64,000 nucleotides of DNA from Andalucia godoyi And28 (taxonomy: Eukaryota > Protista > Jakobida), in contig VRVR01000006.1 in NCBI GenBank assembly GCA_009859145.1, forward strand, positions 119,335 to 183,334, read 5' to 3'. Shown here piece after piece: positions 63,416 to 64,000 of the stretch. The notes beneath the pieces are model-generated. The model was not told where the DNA came from. It was given only the letters and a program-made list of their open reading frames with translations, and did not search any database. Within the stretch, counting starts at the first letter, position 1; every line of letters begins with the position of its first letter. Position numbers and translations under genes: made by a program.

Positions 63416-64000
63416 GGAGAACAAAAGAAACCCGCTACCCAAAAAGAAGACCCGAGGCGAAGACGAAACCTAAACCGCGGCTGCTTCAGCAAAGTACCCA
63501 AACCCAAGACACAGAAAATCCACGAGAAGAACCGTTTCCGTGGAAAACAGAAGACGAGCCTCCGGGGGGAAGCCTCAGGCGTCTAAGTCGAACCCCAAAT
63601 CGGAGGCATGTGAGCGGGATGATGAGAAGAAGCTACCTCCCGGTTTGGCTATGTACGCATTCAAGATTCGCCTGCGGACCCACCGAAGAACAGAAGTTGA
63701 AACTTCATCAGATGTTCGATCTCTGGGACGATGCGTATAACAACTGCGTCTTCCTTTACCAGAAACGCAATGTCCCTGCAAGATCCCGAAAGATGGATCG
63801 ACATGTTTTCCGAACCCCGACTCCAGGCTGACGAAGAACACGAGACGTTGTCCGAAATGCTTCGTCGTGAAACCGCGAGACAAGCATTCCGATCTTCGCA
63901 GCTTCAAGGTTCCCAAGAATGGTGGAAAACCTCCCGTCCAATTGTCGGTCGAGGAAGGTGCTGCTTTCTGGTCCACTTTCATTCCCGGAAGCACCATCAA
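63416..64000 (+). pseudogene. Frameshifted Fanzor2/TnpB N-terminal region (basic leader plus HTH_OrfB_IS605-like), truncated by the window
   Basis: K/R-rich leader, then MYAFKIRLR (ATG 63651) followed after a +1 shift near 63678 by PTEEQKLKLHQMFDLWDDAYNNCVFLYQK, i.e. the KIRL.PT.EQ...L..MF...R..YN signature. Further stops and shifts downstream. Confidence 0.8.

Overview
Gene-dense, intron-poor nuclear DNA of a flagellated eukaryotic microbe. Evidence: short GT-AG introns with GTATGT/GTATGA-like donors, ciliary genes (CFAP221, DNAAF6), mitochondrial HSP60 and AIM24, and a spliceosomal Sm D1. The style and the divergent alpha-tubulin suggest a jakobid such as Andalucia, but that is inference only. 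About 35 protein genes are recognisable. The main unexplained structure is a set of five dispersed relics of TnpB/Fanzor2-type (RNA-guided nuclease) elements at 504-877, 7495-8057, 11177-11400, 26351-26848 and 63201-64000. Four share an identical right terminus (minus strand ...TGTAGGCGT) and a structured, strand-specific omegaRNA-like module with GNRA/UUCG hairpins and a predicted pseudoknot. Three appear to be complete non-autonomous mini-elements flanked by a CGT core in a CCGT target, each with a different potential guide. One supplies the stop codon of a host gene. Other highlights are a eukaryotic OLD/GajA-like ABC-ATPase-TOPRIM nuclease, an RmlC/NRS-ER fusion with altered catalytic residues near its partner 4,6-dehydratase, and a head-to-head pair of OFCC1/ojoplano-like paralogues. 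All assignments come from manual motif reading; no searches or folding programs were run.
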